A stretch of 63,186 nt of DNA, counting the filler, from Octopus bimaculoides (lineage: Eukaryota): NCBI RefSeq assembly GCF_001194135.2. It is 4 parts of 4 records of this genome, joined end to end, with 100 filler letters (N's around TTAATTAATTAA, not from the genome) between each part and the next. Parts side by side here need not be neighbours in the genome. Positions count along the whole stretch, not along the records: positions 1 to 18,202 come from NC_068994.1; positions 18,303 to 28,647 come from NC_068995.1; 2 more parts are not named here. One strand, written 5' to 3'. This document shows, in pieces, positions 13,776-25,499 of this stretch (positions are counted from its first letter, which is position 1; every line of letters starts with the position of its first letter). Position numbers and translations under genes: made by a program. The notes below the pieces were generated by a model. It made no database searches. It was not told the DNA's origin and saw only the letters and a program-made list of their open reading frames with translations.

Positions 13776-14194
13776 NNNNNNNNNNNNNNNNNNNNNNNNN
13801 NNNNNNNNNNNNNNNNNNNNNNNNNNNNNNNNNNNNNNNNNNNNNNNNNNNNNNNNNNNNNNNNNNNNNNNNNNNNNNNNNNNNNNNNNNNNNNNNNNNN
13901 NNNNNNNNNNNNNNNNNNNNNNNNNNNNNNNNNNNNNNNNNNNNNNNNNNNNNNNNNNNNNNNNNNNNNNNNNNNNNNNNNNNNNNNNNNNNNNNNNNNN
14001 NNNNNNNNNNNNNNNNNNNNNNNNNNNNNNNNNNNNNNNNNNNNNNNNNNNNNNNNNNNNNNNNNNNNNNNNNNNNNNNNNNNNNNNNNNNNNNTATTCG
14101 TTGCTGTTCCAGTATGAAGCACAAAGTCTGATTCCAAACGAAAGCCACTCTGCTGACTAACTGTTGATATATTTTATGTTTCTTTTCTGTCGTT

Positions 14195-14229
<35 letters not shown>

Positions 14230-14794
14230 CAGTTTAATTATAATGTTCACGATTGTGAAAGAGATAAATTTTAATAATTATAAGGGAAAATTAATGTGAT
14301 TAAATGTTAATCACAATATTGATTACTTTTTAATTTAATAAAAGATGTCTAACATTTGTAAAAGGCCAAGCGTTTTTGTATGGACCCTAACCCATCTCCT
14401 ACCCTAATTTACCAATGATATTTCTTTTTATCGCACCCCACTACACCCAAGATGAAAAGGAGAGTCATCTTCGGTGTGATTTCAACTGCGAAATTAACGG
14501 GAAGTTACTATATGACGCAACGCCTTTCAACGGAGGCCCGAAACGGTCCGTGTGGCTGTGTTAGATTGTGCAAGTATCTTTTATCTTTTACTTGTTTCAC
14601 TCATTATATTGGCTTTCAAGAGTTTTTAGTCGAATTAATTGACCCCAGTACTTACGTTTTTAAGCTTGGTAGTATTCTATCGTTTTTTTTGTTTTTTTTT
14701 ACCGGACCACAACGTTATGTGCACGTAAACACAACGACGCCAATTATCAAGCGGTAATGAGAGACAAACACACACACACATATGGTCACCACAC

Positions 14795-15345
14795 AATATG
14801 AAATTAACGGTGGAGCTCGAAGCGATTCAAGGAAGCTACACTAAGAAAATCGTCTCGATGCAGCGTATTAGCTATTGGGAAAGACTAAAAGAATTAAAAC
14901 TCTTCTCCCTAGAACGAAGGCGGAAAAGATATGCAGTGATATACATCTGGAAAATCCTGGAAGGCCTTGTACCAAACTTTGGCATTGAAAGTTTCACAAA
15001 CAGCAGAACGGGGCGCCACTAGGCACTGCTAAAGATCCCAGCATCTCCATCAAAATACAGGAACAGATACTGCAACAGCTTGGGTTTCAAGGGCCCACAG
15101 CCCTTCAATATCCTTCTAAAATGCCTGAGAGACCTACATGGCGTGGATGTGTCTTCAAAACAAAACTGGATCTCCTCTCATCAAGGTTTCCAAATGAGCT
15201 TATCTCACGGCAGGAAATACGAGAGCAGCGGTATCAAATGCCACATATCAGAGGCGGTTTAAAATAATGGTGTAGCACAGTCAACGGTGGTACCCCAGCA
15301 TGACCACAGCTTTAAAGCTGAAACAATTTAAAGATTAAAGACTAA
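14795..15345 (+). mobile_element. CR1/L2-type LINE 3' fragment (RT C-terminus plus 3' UTR)
   Basis: ELEAIQGSYTKKIVSMQRISYWERLKELKLFSLERRRKRYAVIYIWKILEGLVPN matches the typical LE..Q...T......L.Y.ERL..L.L.SLE.RR.R C-terminal RT motif. Ends in cggtggtaccccagcatgaccacagc...gctgaaac plus short aaagat repeats. Confidence 0.8.
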
Positions 15346-15381
<36 letters not shown>

Positions 15382-16195
15382 GACAGGTTCTGTCTACCAA
15401 ATCCGCCCATAAGCCTTTGGTCGGCCCGAGGCTATAGTAGAAGACGCTTGCTAAAGGTGCCACGCAGTGAGACTGAACCCAGAACCATGTGGTTATGTAG
15501 CTGGGAAGCAAACTTCTTTCCACACAGCCACACGTGCGCCTATGCATATGTAAATATGCTTTATGATGTGTGTATAAAACTAAAATGAACCAAGAGACAA
15601 CTCAGAACGACCAGCAGAGACGAAGAGGAGTATATTGAATAAGAGAAGAAATTAAGTTCTTGATTCCTTCTAATTATCTCTCCTTATACATAAGATAGAC
15701 CAAACCGTTGGTAGAAATATAAATGAGGAAGGGACATAATCTAACGAATTGAAAAAGAATATCTAAAAACAGATGCCATTAAAGAAAAGACTGTCTGGTC
15801 GTCTGAAAAGAAAAGGACAATTGTGGAGAATGGGTTTCGGTCTCAGTTGACGTTATCAGTTATCAGCACGTGAATTGTCCTACCTTATCTTCAGCAGACA
15901 AGATACGGAGATATACACATAAAGTGCTATATACCTATTAACATACATATATATTGTTACACACACACACACATACACACAGATATATAAAGATATATAT
16001 ATATATAGAGAGAGAGAGAGTGGGGAGAGAGAGAATGTATATATATCTAATATAATAAATGCGAAAACTAATTTCTGTGGTCACTGTCACACTTCGACCT
16101 CCTCTTTCACTGCTACTCATTGACACTTCTATTATTGTTCATAGTGGGGTGAGAGTAATAGTAGGCATAGGGAAGGTGAGGGCGGTGGCGAAAAC

Positions 16196-16250
<55 letters not shown>

Positions 16251-16356
16251 AATATATTCACTTTCTGATATCAGAGTCAGTAGCAAATTTGAACATCTCC
16301 CAATCATTGCCTCCATCGTTTTTTGTATTTTAAGATTATCTGTGATAAATAAAATA

Positions 16357-16645
16357 TAATATTCGAAGTAGTGTTCTCATCTCGGTCGTTTTAGTGCCAA
16401 TATTCCTTCTGTTGTATCCAGCAAGGACCTTCAGGTGCCTGTCTTATCTTTAATATTTGAAGTGAGATCTTAGCAAACTATTGAACCATAGCTTTCAGAT
16501 TTTCTTAATCAAGAACACCGTCTAATGTTTCTCTTTAAATGGAAAAGTTTCGTCATAAAAGTATTAACGCCTATGACTGACCAATCAACACCGGCTGACT
16601 AATATTCGAAGTAGTGTTCTCATCTCGGTCGTTTTAGTGCCAATA
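16357..16645 (+). repeat. Perfect 46-bp direct repeat (16357-16402 and 16600-16645)
   Basis: taatattcgaagtagtgttctcatctcggtcgttttagtgccaata occurs twice with about 200 bp of unique sequence between. Confidence 0.9.
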
Positions 16646-16658
16646 GTTGACGAGGCAA

Positions 16659-16672
16659 ACTTCCAAGGAAGT
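16659..16672. promoter_or_regulatory. Inverted ETS-type motif pair ACTTCC-aa-GGAAGT, putative BORCS8 promoter
   Basis: Two GGAAGT cores in inverted orientation about 120 bp upstream of the candidate ATG at 16790. ETS motifs are common in housekeeping promoters. Function is inferred. Confidence 0.3.
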
Positions 16673-16789
16673 GTGCGAATTTTACCTCTAAACTGTTTTG
16701 TCGACCTTTCTAGAAGGGTAGCTTACAGCTATAAAAGCTAGAAAATTCAACCTCAGGCCAAATAGTCACCCAAACGTCTAGGAGAATCT

Positions 16790-16808
16790 ATGTCAATTGG
16801 CTCAGCAA
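16790..16808 (+). CDS. BORCS8: Candidate first coding exon of BORCS8 (MSIGSA+1 nt)
   Basis: ATG TCA ATT GGC TCA GCA A|GTTGGT gives the phase-1 donor required by the exon at 18563, yielding MSIGSASSDGLLRR.... The donor is only moderate and there is no homology support. Confidence 0.3.
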
Positions 16809-17294
16809 GTTGGTCTCTGTCCTTCTTTCACTTTTCTTACGTAACATGTTTATGTCGTACTCAACAAAAGGCACCAATCTTAATTTGTAACGCTGAGCAA
16901 CGCACATTAATTTATAAGCTGTGATTTAAATTCCTTGCACTACTTCCATAATATTAACCAGCAAGTTGTAATACAGAATATTCCTAACCATTATGCTCGC
17001 TGAACTTTGTTCCATTAATTTATTGGATTTACACTTGTAAATATAAACGATGCCGGTTAATAAAATATTGGAAAACTCAATTAAATTTTAGTATGGTCAT
17101 TGTCTTCACACGCATCCTATCCAACATTGTGAATAGCCAACGAAGAATATATAACTAACCATCACATTAAATATTCTTCGACTATCGAACCGAACCTGTA
17201 GAATGTTCTCATTCCATTCTCCACACAAGAGATATTCACTTTATTTATTATTCTACAATTTGCGATGCCACTAGTTTATTACGCTTCAATTTGA

Positions 17295-17334
<40 letters not shown>

Positions 17335-17435
17335 ACACATGGATATATGTATATATAAACACACATGGATATATGTGTGTATTTATATTNNNNNNNNNNA
17401 CACACATGGATATATGTGTGTATTTATATTTATAT

Positions 17436-17488
<53 letters not shown>

Positions 17489-18202
17489 AAGTATATGTAA
17501 TGATTGACACAGTTTATATAGCCAGATTAACGAAGGGATTGACCCGAGTATGGGAAAAGGCTGAAAACAATCTGACCCGTGGATGAAACAAATTCTTTGG
17601 TTTCAATGTCCAAGAATATTGGCGACGAATATGATAGGTACCAGAAAATGGTCAAACTTACGAAAGCCGCATAGCTGTGATTAGAACAATTAAGATGATG
17701 TCACTTTGACGTAGTATACATGTCACAGAAATGCTTTCAAAGCATAAAAAAATATAAACAGGATCCTCATTGCTGCATATCCAAGTGCAACACAGGTGTG
17801 TTAATATATATGCACTGGTACTGCACTTGAAAAAAAAAGACACCCTCAGGTAATTTTGCTTTTATTAATATTCTAAGATTTTATTTTTAAAAAGGTACGT
17901 CTTAAAAACTCGCGGCAAACCTGTGAAATATACCAGATTTTCTTGTTACCGTGACAGAGTAGGCGTAGAACTAGCATAAAGCATCTATAGTATGTGTGCA
18001 TGCGTGTGTATGTATGTATATATATATATATATATGTATGTATATGCGTGTGTCCATGTATGCGTGTATATATATATACGTGTATAGATGTATATATATA
18101 TATATAGATGTACGGTGTATATATATATATATATATGTATGTATATGCGTGTGTCCATGTATGCGTGTATATATATATACGTGTATAGATGTATATATAT
18201 AT

Positions 18203-18302
18203 NNNNNNNNNNNNNNNNNNNNNNNNNNNNNNNNNNNNNNNNNNNNTTAATTAATTAANNNNNNNNNNNNNNNNNNNNNNNNNNNNNNNNNNNNNNNNNN
18301 NN
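18203..18302. other. Artificial scaffold linker 44N-TTAATTAATTAA-44N
   Basis: Exactly 100 bp; the central 12-mer contains stops in all six frames. Identical linkers at 28648-28747 and 56801-56900. Confidence 0.9.
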
Positions 18303-18336
<34 letters not shown>

Positions 18337-18562
18337 TACAATGGGCTTCTTTCAGTTTCCACCTACCGAACCCACTTATAAGGTTTTGGTTGGCCTTGGG
18401 CTATTGTAGAAGACACTTGCCCAAGGTGCCATTCAATAGAACTGAACCTACAGCTAAGTGGTTGGGAAGCCAACTTCTTGCTGGCTTTGGCATTAAAACA
18501 AAACAAAAATTCATTACCATCATCTTAGTTGTTGTTGATATTGTTGTCTCTTCTATTACCAG

Positions 18563-18652
18563 GCAGTGACGGCTTACTGAGGCGTGTCTCTGGAGGGAGT
18601 CAGTCCATCAGAGAGAACCTTGAACCTGAACTTGAACACAAAGCTCGTAAAG
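18563..18652 (+). CDS. BORCS8: BORCS8 coding exon (SDGLLRRVSGGSQSIRENLEPELEHKARK)
   Basis: Pyrimidine-rich ccAG acceptor and G|GTAAGC donor; phase 1-1, 90 nt. Splices in frame to 19857 (G+TG=V). LEPELEHKARKV corresponds to human MEEPEMQLKGKKV. Confidence 0.85.
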
Positions 18653-18773
18653 GTAAGCACTTTCAGTGCTCTATATTCCACACACACACAAACCTCTGTG
18701 TGTGTGTGTGTGTGGTCATTTGATTGGTTTTTATGTTTGTTTTTCCATGCTCTCTCTCTCTCTCTCTCTCTCT

Positions 18774-18936
18774 CTTAATCCTTTTAGCCCCTTGTGGAGC
18801 ATAGGGCCTCAACAGTTATTTTCCACTTTTTGCGGTCATTGGCGTGTTTCTTGACTGCTGCCCATGTCAGGCCGGTGGTCCTGAGCTCGTCCAAAATGCT
18901 CTGCTTCCACGTCTGCTTTGGGTGTCCTCGCTTCGG
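18774..18936 (-). mobile_element. RTE-clade LINE 3' end in BORCS8 intron
   Basis: Minus strand PKRGHPKQTWKQSILDELRTTGLTWAAVKKHANDRKKWKITVEALCSTRG* is a typical RTE C-terminus (GRPK.TW...DR..WR..V.ALC). Confidence 0.8.
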
Positions 18937-19856
18937 TTATATGCATCTGTTATTGAAGCCCTGTTTTACAGCTGGATGCTCTTCTTGTTGCCTGTTGCTA
19001 ACCCTTAATTAGTTCTCCAGCAAGAGATCTCTGAATTCAAAGACTCAAAACAAACAAAAGGCATTTTGCCAATTTTACTACATGCATTCATATGTTTTTG
19101 TGTTTTTCCTTTTGTTCTTTTGCATTTACTAGTTTCAATTGTGGAATACAACCATGCTGGAGCATCCCTTTGTGGTATTTTGTTGATGACAATGCTCCCA
19201 GGATTTATTTTAGTGATACACAGCATGTGTGGGATACATTTACTGGGTATCACAATAAATGGTTGAAGAAAATATTGTTTTTCTATGTGAAAATGATAAA
19301 ATTTTCACTTTAAATTTTGTAACAATTATCTGCCCTACCTCCATTGATTTTTATATAAAAATAAAGCCAAAATATTCCTCTTCATGTTTGTATGATCTTC
19401 AACACAGCTCAAGCTATAATGCTCCAGTGCACTGAACGAGGACAAGGGCTACTGTTCAGTAGTCAAAAAAAAATGACAAAGACAAACTTTGGAAATGTCT
19501 GGATGTTTGAGGGACCCTGACATGATCTGTAGTTAGATTTTAATGAAAACTCTATGAGAAGAAAGTTCACATGCAGAGCATTCAAATGATATATAATTTA
19601 GCATGGAAAAAATTAATTTTGACATGAAGAGGATGAAGCAAAAAGTGTTTTTACATGTTCAAACTGTGCTTGTCTCCATTGTGTGGTGTTCTTTAGAGAT
19701 GCCTTTATTGACATAAGCGTTTCTGGATAATTTCTGAATGCATCACTGATGAAAATGTGTTGATAGTCTAAATAACTTTTAGTTCCTGCAGTCAGGACCA
19801 ATTTCTAGGTTAGTGGCATTATAGGAAAATTCTCTTCTTTCTCTCTTTTTGAACAG

Positions 19857-19969
19857 TGAGCGAACGATTCTCTGAAAATCTTCACATTATCACAAACGAA
19901 CCTTCCCTGGCATTTTTCCGAATTCAAGAACATGTCCGCAAGTCTCTTCCACAACTGGTAGAGCAAAAG
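19857..19969 (+). CDS. BORCS8: BORCS8 coding exon (SERFSENLHIITNEPSLAFFRIQEHVRKSLPQLVEQK)
   Basis: Strong similarity to the BORCS8 core TDKFTESVYVLANEPSVALYRLQEHVRRSLPELAQHK. Polypyrimidine aacAG acceptor and AAG|GTAAGA donor; phase 1-0. Confidence 0.95.
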
Positions 19970-20455
19970 GTAAGACAGAGATTTTCAGACAAAGTCTTGT
20001 TGGTTAGTCTCAGTTCAGTCCTGAGCCAGGAAATCTATAAGCAAAGGTGTTGGTGGGGTCAGGCTGGTGGTTGGTTTGGTAGGAAGTGTCCCTTCATATT
20101 ATAGCTAGGACCACTTTACCTATTGGCTCTTCCCTTTCTTTTAGGGTGGTTGGGTGTGGTGTGAGGGAGAATCAGTTGTTAATTTTGCTTCAACTATACA
20201 ATAAGTTAGCTGTGACTGTGTGGTTAAGAAGCTTGCTTTCCAACAACTTGGTTCCAGGTTCAGTCCCACTAAATGGCACCTTGGGCAATTGTCTTCTACT
20301 GTATCCCTGAGCCAGTTAAAACATTATGAGTGGATTTGGTAGATAACAACTGAAAGAATCCCATCACATGTTTATGTATATATGTGTATGTGAATGTTTA
20401 TATATGTGTGTGTGTGTGTGTGTATTGTTTAATTCTCTCACTGTCTCTTCTTCAG

Positions 20456-20520
20456 CATGAAGTCCAAGAAATCCATCAAAATGTTCAAGGTGCCTGTTTT
20501 GATACAGAATATGCTAAAAA
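20456..20520 (+). CDS. BORCS8: BORCS8 coding exon (HEVQEIHQNVQGACFDTEYAK+aa)
   Basis: ttcAG acceptor and AA|GTAAGT donor; phase 0-2. QGACFDTEYA corresponds to human QGAIYTVEYA. Confidence 0.92.
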
Positions 20521-20993
20521 GTAAGTAAACAATGTTGTTGTTGTTATCTTTACTGTGTTTCTCTAATGGAACTCCTAACCCACCCACCCTCTCCACATGC
20601 ACTCATCGTTTCCTCTTGTCATCTTCCACTCGCCCAGGCATTAACACCTTTTCTGTGACCGCAGAACAGCTCTCCTCTTTTAACAACTAGCAGTAATGAA
20701 ACATAAAATTTATAGACAAACTGAAGAATTGAACTTAAAAGTGACCCGGGTCAAAAGGTCAGACAACAACAATACAAGAGACCCATATATCCAGAGGTAC
20801 AATCAATAAGAAAAACTGCTGAGGCTTATAAACTCTCACCAGTAACTAATTTTCAAACAATTGCAGTGGAATTGTATTAGTTTGTAGGTCACAGAAGTGC
20901 TAACTGTTTTACAGTATGTTTTTTTCTCTTTTTTTTTTTATATATATTCTTGTCTGTAACCCATTCGTTGTCTTTCTTTTTCTCTCTCTGTAG

Positions 20994-21101
20994 TGCTGTA
21001 AATGCTATGCAGAACAGTAATGTCCATTTCCAGAACATTCAAGATCTCCTGAAGAATGCCATGTTCATGAAACAGCAAATAGAATATGAAGAATCTAGAA
21101 A
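20994..21101 (+). CDS. BORCS8: BORCS8 coding exon (AVNAMQNSNVHFQNIQDLLKNAMFMKQQIEYEESR+aa)
   Basis: Long pyrimidine tract with tgtAG acceptor and AA|GTAAGA donor; phase 2-2. Corresponds to human AVKNLVDSSVYFRSVEGLLKQAISIRDHM. Confidence 0.92.
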
Positions 21102-23619
21102 GTAAGATATATTCTCTTTGTGTTTCTTACAACTAATGAATGTTGACACAGCTTTGTAGGCAATCAGGGGTGTTAGGCTAGTTTTAGAACAGTCCACAGT
21201 TTGTTTGCCATCAGGGGTGTCATGTAGCCTTGGAATAATACACACAACTATCAGTAGTGCATTCCACCTAGCATTTAATAGGTGCTGTGAGTAGGTAGAG
21301 CTTTTACTGCAGTACACAACCTATCTACATGTCAATTGGTTGCTGTTCTTTTTGATTAGCTCCAAGTAGAAGGCTTTCCATTTTGAAACCAATGTTATGG
21401 AGAGTTGCTTTGAATTTACGGTCCCTATTTACAACTAAGTGGACTGCCCTACTTGTCAGTTAAAGTGTTTTGACAACAATTTCAACTATTTGTTCTTATC
21501 TTGTTGTACCTATTTACATCTAGGTAGACTGTGCCATTTGTCTGTTAATGTGTTTTAGCCATAGATTCAACAATTTATTCCTAGCTTATGGTACTTATTT
21601 ACATTTAGATGGACTGGGTCATAGTTATAATGCAATGCCTTTGACAGGATATAAATTGTTGACCTGGTGTCTAATAGTTCTAGCCTCTTCACTTCCTACT
21701 GAAACACAAAATTGTTACATAGGAACCCAAAAATCTCCCAAGGATTTCCAATAGTTATAAGGTATAATTATTTCATAAGTCAATAATTTTTTTTTTGCTT
21801 TGTTGTTTGCCCTTTTCTGTTTTTGTTTTGTTGCTGTTTTCTCCCACCTCCATCCCCACACCAATTCTCCAAATTTGGAAGTACTGTTCNNNNNNNNNNN
21901 NNNNNNNNNNNNNNNNNNNNNNNNNNNNNNNNNNNNNNNNNNNNNNNNNNNNNNNNNNNNNNNNNNNNNNNNNNACTTATAAATTTTCCAAATTTTTCAG
22001 AAATAAAGTCACTCTTAAACCCACCCACCCCCAATCTTCCATCATTACAACCTGTGTGGTTATCTCTCCCCTTTGTTGTCAACATCATGTTGAGATTAGG
22101 GTAATGTGCAGCCAGTTTTTCCTCAGGTGATTAACGTAGAAGATTTAGAAGATAATACAAAGATTACTTGGTCATAGATGAAAATAAATTGGTAATGAAT
22201 ATTTTTTTTTTACACAACCATTTCGTATTGTTAGGTGACACTCTGAAGACGTTTTGGTATTTGTGTTGCATTTCATTATTATTTAATGCCCATGTTCCAT
22301 GCTGGCATCGGTTGGATGGTTTGACAAGATCCAATGGATTCAAGGACTGCTTCATGCTCCAGTGTCTGTTTTGGCTTAGTTTCTATGGTTGGATACCCTT
22401 CCTAATGCCAACCACCTTGCAGTAGGGATTGGGTACATTTTTTTCATGCCACCAGCACTAATGAGGTTACCATGCGCCATGCAAGGCTGCAAACACCAAG
22501 GTGGTGGCACTTTATTCTAGGAGATGAAGGGTTAAACTATGAATTTGGGGGAGGTTTAGGTTGTTGTAGAGAAGCTACATGGCTTCTCACATTTAAGGGA
22601 GAAGGTGACAAGGATCAGTAGGTGTAAAGAGATAAAAAGTGGTGATGAGGTATCCAGGTGGTCCCTCAAGGTATGAAGTAAGTAGAATTGTGTGGGTGGA
22701 GGATAGGGTCCAATTCAATGAAGTAGTTGCCTCATCAAAGACCAGACCATGCTTTCAACTTTGTTAATTTCTTCATTCATTTTGACTTCTTTTTTTTTTC
22801 CATGCTGGCCCTTTCTCTCGCTGACCCTTGTCTGTTTTTATCAAGTAAAGTACGTCTTCTACTTCTTCAAAAGTGTAAAGCCAGGGGATAAAGGAAATAA
22901 CAACATTACCGCAATGCAGCTCAGTGATTATTCATGAAATACAACCATAAACAAACATACAGACACGTAGGTAGGTGGGCACACACACACACACACACAC
23001 ACACATGTATATACAATGGGCTTCATTCGGTTTCCATCTACCAGAATATGCTCACAAGGCTTTGGCTGGCTCACGACACTTGAGCAAGGTGCTATGAACC
23101 CAAAGCCCCATGTTTGGGACACAAAGTTCTGAATCATGCAGCCTTGCCTGTAGTTCATAGGAAATGAAAAATATTTTTGCTGTGTTTGCACTGCTACTAA
23201 TCAACAAGGGGCCACTATGTCACCATGCAACCTAGTAGAAATAGCAATCAAATTTTCCTCAGATGATATCCTTACAGTCTTACAAAAAGAAATATTGGAC
23301 AATGTGGTCCCTAATGCACTGTGTCTGGTAAATAAACATGATTGCTGTTACTGGAATGTTTTGGTTGGTATGTGGCTTAGTGGTTAGGGTGTTGAACTCC
23401 TGATTGTGTGATTGTAGTTTAAATTCCTGAACTGGGTGATGCTTTTGTTCCACTCAGCTGGCAAAATTGAGTATTCCTGCAATGGACCATTTTCCTATCC
23501 TAATAATTTAAATATATTTCTAAACGTTTTATAAGTAATACAGTTCTATATTTAAGAGATGAGGAATTATTTACATTATTTACATTTGACGGATATTTGT
23601 CCTCATCTTGTTTGTTGTT

Positions 23620-23665
23620 AACACAACGTTTCGGCTGATATACCCTCCAGCCTTCGTCAGGTGTC
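23620..23665 (-). ncRNA. Minimal type I hammerhead ribozyme motif
   Basis: Minus strand gacac-CTGACGA-a-ggctg(gagggtatat)cagcc-GAAAC-GTT-gtgtt: stem I gacac/gtgtt, core CUGANGA, 5-bp stem II, GAAAC, loopless stem III and a GUU cleavage triplet. Confidence 0.7.
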
Positions 23666-23977
23666 TTGGGGAAATTTCGAACCTGGGTTCTCATTCCTAA
23701 CGATATTACTATTATTATATCATTATTATTATTATTACTGTTATTAATCAGGTCGCTGCCATGAATCGAACTCGGAATCTTGGGGTTAGTAGCCTGCGCT
23801 CTTAACCACTACCCACGGGCATATGGCATAGTGGTTAAGAGTGTGGGCTACTAACCTCAAGATTCCGAGTTCGATTCATGGCAGTGACCTGATTAATAAT
23901 AGTAATAATAATAATAATAATAATATAATAATAGTAACATCGTTAGGAATGAGAACCCAGGTTCGAAATTTCCCCAA

Positions 23978-24023
23978 GACACCTGACGAAGGCTGGAGGG
24001 TATATCAGCCGAAACGTTGTTTC
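23978..24023 (+). ncRNA. Minimal type I hammerhead ribozyme motif (stem I weakened)
   Basis: gacac CTGACGA a ggctg gagggtatat cagcc GAAAC GTT gtttc: same core as the minus-strand copy, with mismatches in the 3' strand of stem I. Confidence 0.6.
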
Positions 24024-25499
24024 AACAACAAACAAGATGAGGACAAATATCCGTCAAATGTAAATAATGTTTTATAAGTACTAATAATTTCTGGTCAAAC
24101 CGTCTAACCCATGCCATCATGGCCAATGGACGTTAAATAATGGTGATGACGATCATGATGATGATGATGATGATGAACTTACCCATAAGCACAGTGAACA
24201 TTAATAACAATAGCAACAACAAAAAATAAGAAGAAAATAACAAACAACAAAGCTATTTATGGACTCATGTATTTATGTATATTTATTTGTATTACTTTTT
24301 CTTCTTACTTTATCAACTTCTCAGGTCTCAGAAACATCAGTTGCCAAATTCAAATACTATATAACATCATTAGTAAGCTAATTGTGTTGATAGTAATTGA
24401 TTAATTAGCTAGCAGTTGTAGCTGTATCGCCATGTAAGTTTTTTTTTTTTTTTTACAAATTTCAAGTTACCAGTATTTTCTATATATATATACACAGGTT
24501 GCAGCAGAAAAACCTCCCCATATTTTACACTGTAATCATTGTGGTGCCAATGAAATTAGGCAGGTGGTACTGGTGTCTTCATGTAGCGATAGTTACCATT
24601 TATCTTCTATCAAAACTTGGATCTTTATACATTGTGTGTTTTGCTGTTGAAACGTTTATCAACCTCTGCAGAATGTGACATGTTTTTCTTTCTTTCTGCT
24701 GCACACTGTGTGTGTTTGTGCATATATATATATATAAAATACTTGTGACAATACTAACACTACTATAATATCAGTATTGTACTGTAATCTACAACTATAC
24801 TATTGTACTGTAACAGCAGCACTATACTGTAACTTCACTATGATACTACAAGTATATGTTATTCTACCTCTACATTAATGCTACTATAACATTTATGCTT
24901 TACTCTGCTATAACTATATTAATGCTATGATAAGGGCTATATACACTACATTATATACTCCATACTAACTACACTAATTCTACCAGAAATGTCATTTCTT
25001 TGTGTACTCTCTGGTAATGTTTCCCTGGGGTTCACCACATGTTTATCATTGGGATTCAGTTATTACACAGTCTAGCTATATTAAGTGGAATTATATTATT
25101 GTTAATAGATTCTATACTAACAAGCATTAAGGTAATAGTATAAGATGATGTACTGACAGGAATTAAGTAATGACATTGCATTATGAGAATATTTCCAAAC
25201 CAACATCAACTATAAGAAAATGTTGGTAGGGAAATATGAGACTTACATGACTATTTCACTTCATGTGTGTGTGTGTGTTTGGCATTATAAGGGGCATTCA
25301 GATGTAGAAACCATGCCAAAAGAGGAATATACATGTGAGATGGGGTCTACCAACCCAAATAAGAAATAAACTGACACTGCAACAAATTGTCTAACTTTTT
25401 ACTAACACGGAGAACAAGCATAATATGCTGCTACTACTACTACTGCTGCTGATGATGATTGTGTGTGTATGTATCTTCATTGCTATCATCATCACAATT

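Larger units (their letters stand above)
23573..24070. mobile_element. Palindrome of two inverted copies (23573-23811 minus; 23829-24070 plus) of a tRNA-headed, hammerhead-containing element
   Basis: Arms of about 240 bp are near-perfect reverse complements; the ORF track shows the same peptide MRTQVRNFPKTPDEGWRVYQPKRC on both strands. A-box TGGCATAGTGG at 23824-23834 and B-box GAGTTCGATTC at 23867-23877. Confidence 0.85.

Noticed and set aside
17606-17645. Alternative BORCS8 start (ATGATAG|GTACCA at 17631)
   Set aside because: The phase fits but the donor is weak and there is no promoter-like context; less convincing than 16790, though not excluded.
23819-23895. Possible functional tRNA gene
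   Set aside because: It is the head of a repeated element, its stems are imperfect, and it lacks a Pol III terminator; treated as a tRNA-derived SINE head.
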